Shown piece after piece: positions 38,639 through 47,617 of a stretch of 64,000 nt of DNA. The number at the start of each line of letters is the position of its first letter. Position 1 is the stretch's first letter. This DNA is from a virus: IMG/VR virus record IMGVR_UViG_3300048925_000129, one strand, 5' to 3'. A program made the position numbers and the translations under genes. A model generated the notes under the pieces. The model was not told the origin of the DNA. It searched no databases and saw nothing but the letters and a program-made list of their open reading frames with translations.

Positions 38639-39147
38639 GTTTGTATAAATTCTTTTTTGTTATATTCTGTAATACTATTTAATCCTACATTATAGCATCG
38701 GACTAACCTTTTGTAGTTGTAGCTCTTTAAGTCGTAGAAGAAACCTTTAAGAGCCTCAGTAAACCATCGGTTAGACTCTTCAATGTCTCCATCATCATGT
38801 TCTACGTCTAGGAAGTGAGCCTCCTCCCATTCTGAAATAAACATTCCAGTTGAAAATGGGGTTTTGAGATCATACTTCTCAACGAATTCTGAAGCATAGC
38901 ACCAAATACAAATACAGATCTTCTTTCTCAACTCATCAACAAATGAAGCATCTACTACATGTCTACCGAAACCGTATAATCCTTTTGCATCTCCGTGACC
39001 CATCATTATAATGACATCATGTTGCCTAATTAAACTTTTTAACAAGGAATCTCCAATTTCAGTTCTAATTACTGTGAAGTCCTTTGTGTAAGTAGGACAT
39101 AAGAAATCTGTTGTGCTATCCTGTGGATGAATTACTAGTACTTTCAT
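38626..39147 (-). CDS. Hypothetical protein, caspase/CHAT-like His-Cys pattern
   Basis: MMGHG and IWCYA motifs; fold assignment is tentative. Confidence 0.45.
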   Translation of the reverse strand: MKVLVIHPQDSTTDFLCPTYTKDFTVIRTEIGDSLLKSLIRQHDVIIMMGHGDAKGLYGFGRHVVDASFVDELRKKICICIWCYASEFVEKYDLKTPFSTGMFISEWEEAHFLDVEHDDGDIEESNRWFTEALKGFFYDLKSYNYKRLVRCYNVGLNSITEYNKKEFIQTWHT

Positions 39148-40254
39148 TTTGTTTAGTTAATGTTTTTGATTTTATAGGGGTCTTCTTTGCTATAGTTTGC
39201 TCACACTGAATAATAGCCCATTCATACTTACTCTCCTCCATGTTGTCAACAACTGTATTGATATCTAACTCTAAGTTTTTGTGAGAATACATTCTCTTAA
39301 ATATCATTTGTTCTGCTTCTGTACACTGAGCTAAAAGCTCTTTTAACATATCAGTGTATGCCTGTTTAATTTTTGGATTCATGTATAGTATTTTTACATT
39401 CCACTACTTTAGCCTTATCTACAACACACAAATCATAAGTAATATCTTGCACAGTTTTAGTTGCTTGATACCTGATCTCTAAATCTGTTTGAATGGCAGC
39501 TTTTGCTTTATCATAGCTATGATATATTGAATAAGGGTTATCATCATATTGAACCCATATAGGGATCAACCATAGGAATTTAATAAGTTTTTCTGCATAG
39601 AAAACTGAATGTGTATATTCCCCACTCTTATTAAAATGCTGCTCTTCTCTAATTCTTATCTTTCTCATGTGTTCAACTCTATTCTTATTAAAGACCCAGG
39701 ATGAGTAGATCCTTTAGGGGATTCATATTGATATGTCGGATACCCTGATATTGACTCATCTGTGATAAGAAGAATGTTTCCTCTATCTAAAGCATTTCTC
39801 CAATTTGTAGCAACTCCCATGAAGTTATTGTCTAACTGAGGAAATTCTGCCAGTAAGAGTTCTAGGTCTTGCTCATTCTCTACCACGTATCTTTCAGTGA
39901 TGAAAGTTTGGGCTGGGTTGGTAAACTGTGCTATTTTTAAATTTGATCTTTCCATTCTATTTCTTTTTGATTGTTAAAATAAGCTTCATTGACATCCTCT
40001 ATGTTTCTTTTTAGCTGTTCCCACATAACCTCCTTTGCTTTCTCATAATCTACTTCCCAGTGTCCATGTAGGTTTACATCTGAGCCTAAATAAAACCCAA
40101 TAGAAGTTGTGTAATTATTTCTATCAATTAAATAGAAATAAGTTTCTGGATGCTTGGTAGAAAAACTTAATGTTTCATACGATTCAATTCTACCTCTTCT
40201 GATTCTGTACACATTTGTTCCTAAAGGAAGTTGTGATATTTCGTGTAAAGTCAT
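39116..40254 (-). CDS. Run of four small hypothetical genes (39116-39382, 39366-39668, 39665-39955, 39937-40254)
   Basis: Overlapping, translationally coupled ORFs downstream of the 40276 promoter. Confidence 0.55.
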
Positions 40255-40275
40255 AGTTTCATGTTTTTGATGTTG

Positions 40276-40332
40276 CAAATATAAATAAAAAAAATGAGAC
40301 TCACAAGAGTCTCACTGTTAAAATTTTGTTAA
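40276..40332 (-). promoter_or_regulatory. Fused terminator-promoter with TTAACA box (copy of 3204-3260)
   Basis: 46-bp perfect repeat of 3215-3260; -7 TATATTTG; stop codon of the upstream gene lies within the box. Confidence 0.85.
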
Positions 40333-40536
40333 TGTTTATCATTGTACGTCCTAAATATTCCATACAAAGCTTTCACAACTAAAATAATAGGGGCTAGTAT
40401 CATATAAAATAGAAACTTTCCTATTTCATTGGTATCACCATCAGAGCCTCTCCATTCTTCCTTATCTTGAACCATAGAAAATGCTCCATATACAACCCAT
40501 AAGGCTGCAATTAAAATGTAAATCATAATGTTTAGT

Positions 40537-41199
40537 TTAAAAATTATCTTCCCAATACCCTAAGGTACAAGTGAATTTATCTACAGAGTGATAACTGGAA
40601 CCTCCTGGGTGTCCTACTCTCTCAGAACTTAAGAAAGGACATTCTTTACAAGTATCTTCATCTCCGTCTTCTTCAGGACAGTAGTCTGGTCTTTCATCAA
40701 CTTTTCTCCTTTTGGTTACATCCTTTCTTAAACTGGGTAACTCTTTTAGTTTAATCCAACCGTAGCTCAAAAGTGTTGGAACATCCAGACCCATCCAACT
40801 TACTGCAAAACCATAATATCTTAACCAGTCTATATACTCATAAGAAGTCCTCTCTGCATCAATAGTTACTGAACTGTAAGAAAACCCTTCGTCATCTTCA
40901 GGAGTCTCGTTGTCTGGATATCTAAACTCAATAATGAAGCATTTTTCAGGAACTACAATTATGTTAATGACTTCACTTTTTGAATTGAAGCTAAAGAAAG
41001 TCTCCAAAAATTTCTGACCCTCTTTTAAAGTCATTTGATTTATTGGTCTAACTAAAATAGAACAAGTATGTAATAAGGGATTTTCAGAATCAAATAAATG
41101 ATCATGAATAAGACCACTTGGATTTCCATTACATAGATAAATATCTTGTCCATAATATTGAGCAAAGAATTTAGTCTTATTTTCTATAGTGTTTTCCAT
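40537..41199 (-). CDS. Hypothetical protein, related to 55214-55699
   Basis: KFFAQYYGQ versus KIFAEYLGQ; Cys-rich C-terminus. Confidence 0.6.
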   Translation of the reverse strand: MENTIENKTKFFAQYYGQDIYLCNGNPSGLIHDHLFDSENPLLHTCSILVRPINQMTLKEGQKFLETFFSFNSKSEVINIIVVPEKCFIIEFRYPDNETPEDDEGFSYSSVTIDAERTSYEYIDWLRYYGFAVSWMGLDVPTLLSYGWIKLKELPSLRKDVTKRRKVDERPDYCPEEDGDEDTCKECPFLSSERVGHPGGSSYHSVDKFTCTLGYWEDNF

Positions 41200-41900
41200 T
41201 ATTTTGCTATTAAAACTCCTCCTATAATCCCCAAAGCTAAAGCTACTGCCACAGGCATCACCCAAGTGTATTTTTTATTCTGGATGGTTACCTGATAAGT
41301 TTTAAGCTCAGGGGTGGTAGAGTACGGGTTTTTATTATTTACTAAACTAAATGGTGTACCTTTACCTAGTCCTAAGAATCCTGTGTTTTCAAATCCTACT
41401 ACTACAGTGTACTCATCTTTAGTGTGTATATTGATGGTAGTAGAGTCAGGGGTAGCTACTGTATTACCAAATACCCATCCTTCTTTGTTAAACTCACTCC
41501 TATAGATTAACTTTTTAGCCTGTTCTACAGTATAAACTGTATCAACTTTGGTTGGAACAGTAGTAGATACTTTAGTTTCACTTGTAAAGTTGGTAACGTT
41601 ACCTCCTTTTTTGAGTTGTTTTTCGTATTTTTTTACTTCAGCTTGGAGTTTTTGGATAGTCTCATCCTGATTTTTCAGTTTGATGAAATCTTTTGGGTCT
41701 TGAGTAGTAACTACTGATGTTTTAGTATTACTTAATCCCTGCTTATCCTTCCAAATTTTCACTGTATCATTCAAACTATTGATAAGTCCTGACTGTTCAG
41801 CAACTTTATCAGACTCTCTACATGTTCTCAAGGTAAGAAGAGCACTACAAAGTAGCAGTGCTCCAATCACAATTAAGAAAATTCTTGTTTTCTTATCCAT
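41199..41900 (-). CDS. Membrane protein with N- and C-terminal TM helices and a coiled coil (spanin-like)
   Basis: Topology only; spanin function is inference. Confidence 0.45.
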   Translation of the reverse strand: MDKKTRIFLIVIGALLLCSALLTLRTCRESDKVAEQSGLINSLNDTVKIWKDKQGLSNTKTSVVTTQDPKDFIKLKNQDETIQKLQAEVKKYEKQLKKGGNVTNFTSETKVSTTVPTKVDTVYTVEQAKKLIYRSEFNKEGWVFGNTVATPDSTTINIHTKDEYTVVVGFENTGFLGLGKGTPFSLVNNKNPYSTTPELKTYQVTIQNKKYTWVMPVAVALALGIIGGVLIAK

Positions 41901-42121
41901 TAGCTAGAAGATTTAGTTGAGCTGGAGCTGCTTTTAAACAGAATTCCACTCAAGAAGTTAATCCCGACTGCTTGCCAGAATGTGATTTTGGTTAATCCGA
42001 AGATTACTGGCATCAACCAATTCCATAACAGCATGGTTGGGAATGCTAATAGTAAAGCAAAGAATGCTACAATAACTAGTACTAATAAACCTAGTACAAT
42101 GGTTTCAAAAATTTTGTCCAT
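41900..42121 (-). CDS. Small membrane protein
   Basis: MLLWNWLMP.IFGL.KITFWQA motif common in phage membrane proteins. Confidence 0.7.
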   Translation of the reverse strand: MDKIFETIVLGLLVLVIVAFFALLLAFPTMLLWNWLMPVIFGLTKITFWQAVGINFLSGILFKSSSSSTKSSS

Positions 42122-42865
42122 TTATTTTCTTTTTTTAGTTGTCGGTTCTAACCACATGTTCTCACCGAATATGTATTTTAATACAGAGATATTTGTCAAT
42201 TTCTCTAGATCACTTAGTAATCTAAGTGTCTTTATAGTGTCATGTTTAAACATCTTATAAACCTCTTCTCTGATTCTTTCTTCAGAAACTACATTTATAA
42301 ACTTCACCCACATCTCTTGATCTTTAAGAATCACTCGTTCAATAGAAGCATCCATTGTGAAATTCTTTGTGATAGAAAATCTAAGAGCTCTTAACATCCT
42401 TAAAGGATCATCGTTGAAAGAGGTTTGAGCCGAGATGGGACATCTTAAAATGCCCTTCCTTAAATCTGCCTGACCTCCAAATGGGTCAATCAATAGTCCA
42501 TCTTCATCCTCAGCAATGGCATTACAGGTGAAATCTCTTCTGAGCTGGTCTGCATATAAATCTCCCATCTCCACTATAGGAATTCTACTTTCTGGGTTAG
42601 GGTAACTTTCTTTCCTTGCCATTACATAATCAACATCTTCATCATTAAACTTACCTCTGATAGTAAAACAATCAGGTTTTGTTATATGTATTTTAACCCC
42701 CATTTCTAACAAGCATTTTTCCATCCTTAAAAAGTAATTTTCAGGAGTGACATTTTTATCAATTTCTTGAAATACAAATACATAATCTATGTCTTTAGAT
42801 TTAACTCCCATTAACTTATCTCTAACACACCCACCAATCTTGTATAATTTAAATTTGTCTTTCAT
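42122..42865 (-). CDS. cca: CCA-adding tRNA nucleotidyltransferase (class II)
   Basis: GGCVRD.L.G..SKDID, RRDFTCNA, DPFGG, DDPLRMLRALRF, ERIREE. Confidence 0.92.
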   Translation of the reverse strand: MKDKFKLYKIGGCVRDKLMGVKSKDIDYVFVFQEIDKNVTPENYFLRMEKCLLEMGVKIHITKPDCFTIRGKFNDEDVDYVMARKESYPNPESRIPIVEMGDLYADQLRRDFTCNAIAEDEDGLLIDPFGGQADLRKGILRCPISAQTSFNDDPLRMLRALRFSITKNFTMDASIERVILKDQEMWVKFINVVSEERIREEVYKMFKHDTIKTLRLLSDLEKLTNISVLKYIFGENMWLEPTTKKRK

Positions 42866-43671
42866 ATTTCTTTGTTTTTTCTTAATCTTTGAATAATTGT
42901 TCTAACACTACTATAAGGTAGTCCTAATAATTCGTGAATTTCTTTTTGGGTTTTTTCTTCTTTAAATAGATTCTTTATTTTTATAATTACCTCATCTGAA
43001 ACGTTTCTTCTAGTAAGGGTTTGAAGATATTCTTTAAACTCTAAAAATTTACTTTTTTTTCTATTAAGGGAAAAATCATACTCATTATTAAACAACAAAG
43101 AAATTAGTTTCTCTATCTGTTTATTTCCTCTTATTTCTAGCATAGCAGAATTTATAGAGTCTTGATTCCTCAACCTAATTTTAGAAGATTTTATTTTTAG
43201 ACTTAATAAGTATTGTTTTATTAATTCCAATATTGAAATATTTGAAGAAAAACAAATTGTGTAACCTTTATTTGAATCTCCATATATAGAACCATCTCCA
43301 TCAAAAAACCCTCTTAGCATATCGTTAAAATACTCTTGTGGAATATCAGGTAGATTTGTAGATAAGTAAGTTTTATTTTGAACTACTCCCAATTCTATTA
43401 TCTTATTGATAAGTCTTTTTGATGTAATACTTAATAAAGAATAAGACATATTGTTTATTACTTTAGTACTAATTACTCCAGAATAATTTACTTCTTGTTT
43501 TATAAATTCTAGTACTTCAATATCTTTTTTACTTAAACATATTGTTAAATTTCCTTTTGCTTTATTTATAGAACCATCAGCATAAATAAAACCTAAAATG
43601 TAAGCTTTATTAACTGAGTCAATAATATCAAAATAATTTTCATTCAATGTGTATTTTCTTGGTCTTGCCAT
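42862..43671 (-). CDS. Free-standing double-motif LAGLIDADG homing endonuclease with C-terminal HTH
   Basis: YILGFIYADG and MLRGFFDGDG; markedly more AT-rich than its neighbours; own promoter at 43688-43718. Confidence 0.9.
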   Translation of the reverse strand: MARPRKYTLNENYFDIIDSVNKAYILGFIYADGSINKAKGNLTICLSKKDIEVLEFIKQEVNYSGVISTKVINNMSYSLLSITSKRLINKIIELGVVQNKTYLSTNLPDIPQEYFNDMLRGFFDGDGSIYGDSNKGYTICFSSNISILELIKQYLLSLKIKSSKIRLRNQDSINSAMLEIRGNKQIEKLISLLFNNEYDFSLNRKKSKFLEFKEYLQTLTRRNVSDEVIIKIKNLFKEEKTQKEIHELLGLPYSSVRTIIQRLRKNKEI

Positions 43672-43941
43672 AATATTTTATTTATAGCAAATATACTACT
43701 CTTTAAATCAATATACAAATATATAAAATTAATTATTAATTTGACCTACAACCACATCTATAATACCAAACTCTTTATAAATTGCTATGACTTGATAACC
43801 TTTACCTGTATCCATTCCAACATAAGGAATACTATCTCTATGAACAACACTTAAATAATTTCCTTTAAGTCTATTAGCTTCACCCATGTATATAAATAAT
43901 TCATACATATCCTCCTACTTTATATAACTTGTAATCTTTCA

Positions 43942-44708
43942 TTAGTATAAATATATTAATAAATAAGTGTAATAGATTAATGCCACAATAGCATGTCCTC
44001 TGTATATCCAAGGTTTAACGTTCCTGTTGTCTTTAAATTTTTTATTTAATGCCCCTATCAAAATCCATTGGAATCCTAGAAATATGACAAATAAAATATT
44101 ATGAACAATAAACATACCCATAACTCCCCAAACAATAAAAATTACAACAGATAATAACAAGATGGATAACTTTTTTGTATTTTCCTCATCTAGCATCCCT
44201 GATTTGAATTGTTCAAAAAATTTCATATTCTCATCATAGGCTTTCTTGGCTCTAAGGAGAACATTAATTTCATAGTAAATAAGATATATTGTAAGTATAA
44301 AAAATAGTATCATGGGTTGTAATGTTTAGTTATTTCATAGATGATAAACCCAATCACAAAGAGTGAATTTATCACATTATAGACGATTCTGAACGGTTTC
44401 CCGTGCATGGCACTAGAGACCTTAGGATAGACCAAAAGAGTCATGACGAAGAAGAATATGAAATCCAGATAATACTTCGTAAATAAGCCTAAAATAGCCC
44501 ACAGTAAGAATGTCCAAGTGAATACCGTTCTTGACTGGATGAAATCTATGTAGAACTTAGGTTTGTTTTCATAATCTACATCAGGATTATCCATATCCCA
44601 TTTTTCCAATTCCTCCGTCTTCTTGACTACTGCTTTGACGTTGAAAAGATCACTGAGTTCCATGATAATTAAGAACCCTCCTATAAGGTAAAAAATGTGT
44701 GTTAACAT
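43942..44708 (-). CDS. Two small multi-pass membrane proteins (43942-44313, 44310-44708)
   Basis: 3-4 hydrophobic helices each, similar layout. Confidence 0.65.
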
Positions 44709-44728
44709 AGTTTTAATTTTGATTTTGA

Positions 44729-45094
44729 TTAATATAAATCCCAGGCATTACCAATAGTCAGAAGGAAGTTAGCACAATCTGCTAGATATTCCTTAACTCT
44801 TTCAGGTTTCTGGGCTTTAAGTGCAAAGTACAACTTTGACTTGTGATACTCAAGCTCTAATAAAGCCTGATCTACGTTGGTGAATGTTAAAATATCTCCC
44901 TTCTCAGCATTGTCTTTGTTTTCTTTTATCATCTGCTGCTTAAAGGCTTCTGCAACTTCTTCAAAGGTTTTTACTTTATTTACCTCAACATTTTCTACAG
45001 GTCGTGGCATTTGGCATTGACACCACTCTCCTCTGAGAGATTCTGCACATGGTGCAAAGCATTTTCTAACTTCTGGATTGAAAATTAAGCTCAT
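44729..45094 (-). CDS. Hypothetical protein, possible MazG-like helical domain
   Basis: EYLADCANFL resembles the ExaDvaNf motif of small phage MazG-like proteins. Confidence 0.45.
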   Translation of the reverse strand: MSLIFNPEVRKCFAPCAESLRGEWCQCQMPRPVENVEVNKVKTFEEVAEAFKQQMIKENKDNAEKGDILTFTNVDQALLELEYHKSKLYFALKAQKPERVKEYLADCANFLLTIGNAWDLY

Positions 45095-45100
45095 ATAATT

Positions 45101-45499
45101 TTATAATTTATCAAAGTAAACAATTGATGAACCATTCCCAGATCTCTGCATCTTTGTCGGGCTGATCTTTGTGAAGATATAAGTCCCATATGATATTCCT
45201 GCTGTCATTGAGAATGTGTAGTTTGTCTCACTTATTTGTTCATCCACTTTGGCTGTCTGTCCTGTAGCTGCTGCTTTTTGCATCACTTCAGTATAGCTAG
45301 TATAGGGTGATATCAGTATGAAGTCATCCGATGTGAATTTGAAATACTGAGTGTTAGTTCCAGAAATAACCCAAGTACCTTGAATCCAAGAAGGAGGGTG
45401 AAAATACTGATCATTAGTTTGAACTAATGGTTCATCATTTGATGTTGAACATCCTATAAAAGATAATGTCATCATCAGTATTAAAAGTAATTTTTTCAT
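45101..45499 (-). CDS. Lipoprotein (lipocalin-like)
   Basis: Lipobox-type signal MKKLLLILMMTLSFIGC; GxW motif in WIQGTW. Confidence 0.75.
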   Translation of the reverse strand: MKKLLLILMMTLSFIGCSTSNDEPLVQTNDQYFHPPSWIQGTWVISGTNTQYFKFTSDDFILISPYTSYTEVMQKAAATGQTAKVDEQISETNYTFSMTAGISYGTYIFTKISPTKMQRSGNGSSIVYFDKL

Positions 45500-45697
45500 A
45501 ATTTTAAATTTTATCGTTATCGTTATCGTCTTTTCCTAGTTGGCTGATAAAAGGAGAGCATACAAATCCTGCAATACCTAATATTACCAGTATAACCCCT
45601 AAACCAACAGTTTTAGCTGTCATTAAGGCTCCTCCAACCATCATCATTACAACTGTGACAATTAATGTCACCCTAAATAGTGTTAATTTTGTCATTT

Positions 45698-46357
45698 TTA
45701 TAAATTTTCTTTAATAAATGATGTAAATCCTAATTCTTCTAAAGGTTCTAATGTTTTTCTTGTAGCTTGTTGCCAACAATTTTTAAGTAGTACTAGAACC
45801 TCTTCTCTGCTATAAGTATCCTTTACTTTTTTAATAGTAATAGTATTGTCTGAGTCTACTTTTAATCTTTCTTTAAATTTACCATAAATGGCAGGAGAAT
45901 TTGGTTTAGTATTATAAAACTCATATTCAACCAACACATCTTCAATTACATTACCTTTGTTATACTCTTCAATAAACTTTTTGATAAATGATTGAGAAAC
46001 ATTAGGATGTGGTTTTAATTCTAGCCACTGGTCTGTTGTAGCTATTATTTTTTTACAACTACCATAATTATAGTTTTCAATACATCTTTCTAAATCTTCT
46101 TTAGTAACTTTTATTAACTCTGTGGGAGCCAGTGGTGATAATCCTTCTAAACACCAATCACCTTCTTTAATCTCTTCGTCACTCAATATATAAAGATGTT
46201 GAGATATCAATTCATCTAAAGAAGATTCAGGCTTATTATATAACCCTGTTTTATTTTCTTCTAGATCTAAATATATTGTACTTTTATTTTCAGTAGCCAA
46301 CATAACTACTTTACATTGTTGGTAATATTTACCATTTTGTTCTTTTAAACTTGACAT
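45698..46357 (-). CDS. Hypothetical phage protein
   Basis: QHLYILSDEEIKEGDW and KKIIATTD motifs; start MSSLKEQ (the longer start runs through the tRNA-like element). Confidence 0.7.
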   Translation of the reverse strand: MSSLKEQNGKYYQQCKVVMLATENKSTIYLDLEENKTGLYNKPESSLDELISQHLYILSDEEIKEGDWCLEGLSPLAPTELIKVTKEDLERCIENYNYGSCKKIIATTDQWLELKPHPNVSQSFIKKFIEEYNKGNVIEDVLVEYEFYNTKPNSPAIYGKFKERLKVDSDNTITIKKVKDTYSREEVLVLLKNCWQQATRKTLEPLEELGFTSFIKENL

Positions 46358-46384
46358 ATGTTCTTTGTTTTTAAGATTAATTTG

Positions 46385-46468
46385 TAGTGTAAGGGGGAAT
46401 CGAACCCCCTGACCTTGCTCCAGTATTAATACTATCATCACAATGCTCTACCACTGAGCTATACACTT
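46385..46468 (-). ncRNA. tRNA-like RNA with canonical D- and T-arms but no canonical anticodon arm
   Basis: AGTGTA-TA-GCTC-AGTGGTA-GAGC-A-[29 nt]-GGTC-AGGGGG-TTCGATT-CCCCCT-TACACT-A. Confidence 0.75.
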
Positions 46469-46491
46469 GGGTTACCCTCCACACTTTATTT

Positions 46492-47241
46492 TTATCTTCT
46501 TGAAGAAGAGCTTGGAGATGAGCTCCTATATGAGCTACTACTTGAAGAATAAGATGATGAACTTCTGTATGATGAAGTACTGGGTGAAGAACTCCTATAC
46601 GAAGATGATGAAGATGGTGAACTGCTTCGGTAGCTGCTTGAACTTGGGGAGCTACTTCTATATGAAGACGTACTCTTATAACTGGAACTTGGTGAAGAAG
46701 TTCTGTATGAAGAGGTTGATGTTGACGGACTACTTGGTTTATAACTTGATGTAGTAGTCGGAGATGATGGTCTATAAGTAGTCTGTTTTGTAGTTATTGG
46801 ACTACTTGGTCTGTAAGTTACTGTGGATGGTTTGGTATCAGTATAGGTTATATTCGATGTCTTAGGTGAAGACTGTCTGTAAGCTGGTTTCTGAGCAGGA
46901 GCAGTGTTTACAACATTTTGATCTTGATATGTCTGTCTTGGGTTTGAATCATACTGATAGGCTCTGTCATAGTTTACATAACTTCTATCAAAGGCAGGTC
47001 TGTTATCATAGTAATAGTGATTAACTGATCTGTATCCACCGTTGTTATACAGTTGGTTGAACATTGCATAAGCAATGTAGTACTCGATCAAGTTACCATT
47101 TTGGTCATAGTCTTGTACTTTAACCATTTGCTCTCCCTGAGCATTGTAAACAACCTCATGATATGGTTGTCTGTTTTGTCTACAAGATACTGTGCTAACT
47201 ATTAAAGTTAGTGCTAAAACTAATTTGAATATATTTTTCAT
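46492..47241 (-). CDS. Lipoprotein with a long Ser-rich repeat tail
   Basis: Lipobox STVSC; about 10 Y(R/K)xSSP-type repeats in the C-terminal half. Confidence 0.8.
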   Translation of the reverse strand: MKNIFKLVLALTLIVSTVSCRQNRQPYHEVVYNAQGEQMVKVQDYDQNGNLIEYYIAYAMFNQLYNNGGYRSVNHYYYDNRPAFDRSYVNYDRAYQYDSNPRQTYQDQNVVNTAPAQKPAYRQSSPKTSNITYTDTKPSTVTYRPSSPITTKQTTYRPSSPTTTSSYKPSSPSTSTSSYRTSSPSSSYKSTSSYRSSSPSSSSYRSSSPSSSSSYRSSSPSTSSYRSSSSYSSSSSSYRSSSPSSSSRR

Positions 47242-47507
47242 AAATAATTGATGCTTTTTATTGAATGATTACGATTTGTTTTTTTAAAGTAGCTAGGAAA
47301 TTTCCTACCATATTTTTGAACTCATGCAGATCTCCCTCTTCTGTATTCAGAATTTCTCTTGATGGCTCACCATTTGGTTGCATATCATTAAGATCTTTTG
47401 CTACTGATTCTAACCAGTTGATCCATTTTTCTGTGTCTTCTGGTGTTTCGATTGGATTGTAAATTGCCATTGTTTTTTATTTATTTATTTATTTATTTTT
47501 AATGATG

Positions 47508-47593
47508 CAAATATATGTAAAAGTCCTCACATATGCAAGGACTTTTATGTTAAAATCATGTTAAAGTCTTTTATAAAACTTTAGTAAGGATTT
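47508..47593 (-). promoter_or_regulatory. Fused hairpin-promoter with TTAACA box and upstream palindrome
   Basis: AAAAGTCCTTGC-ATAT-GTGAGGACTTTT; TATATTTG; TTAACA at 47548 and 47559; TAAAGT-N10-ACTTTA at 47562-47583. Confidence 0.8.
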
Positions 47594-47617
47594 GAATTTA
47601 TTCAGAATCCCGTTAAA

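Noticed and set aside
46385-46468. Functional canonical tRNA, or tRNA with an intron
   Set aside because: No 5-bp stem with 7-nt anticodon loop can be drawn; the 12 extra nt are too short for a self-splicing intron and no clear bulge-helix-bulge was seen.
46492-46880. Homology of the YRSSSPS repeats to the RNA polymerase II CTD heptad
   Set aside because: Spacing is irregular and the protein is an exported lipoprotein; resemblance is best explained by low-complexity convergence.
47478-47497. (AAAT)5 microsatellite as a phase-variation switch
   Set aside because: It lies in a 5' UTR where A-rich sequence is the normal Bacteroidota translation-initiation context; no evidence of length variation from one sequence.
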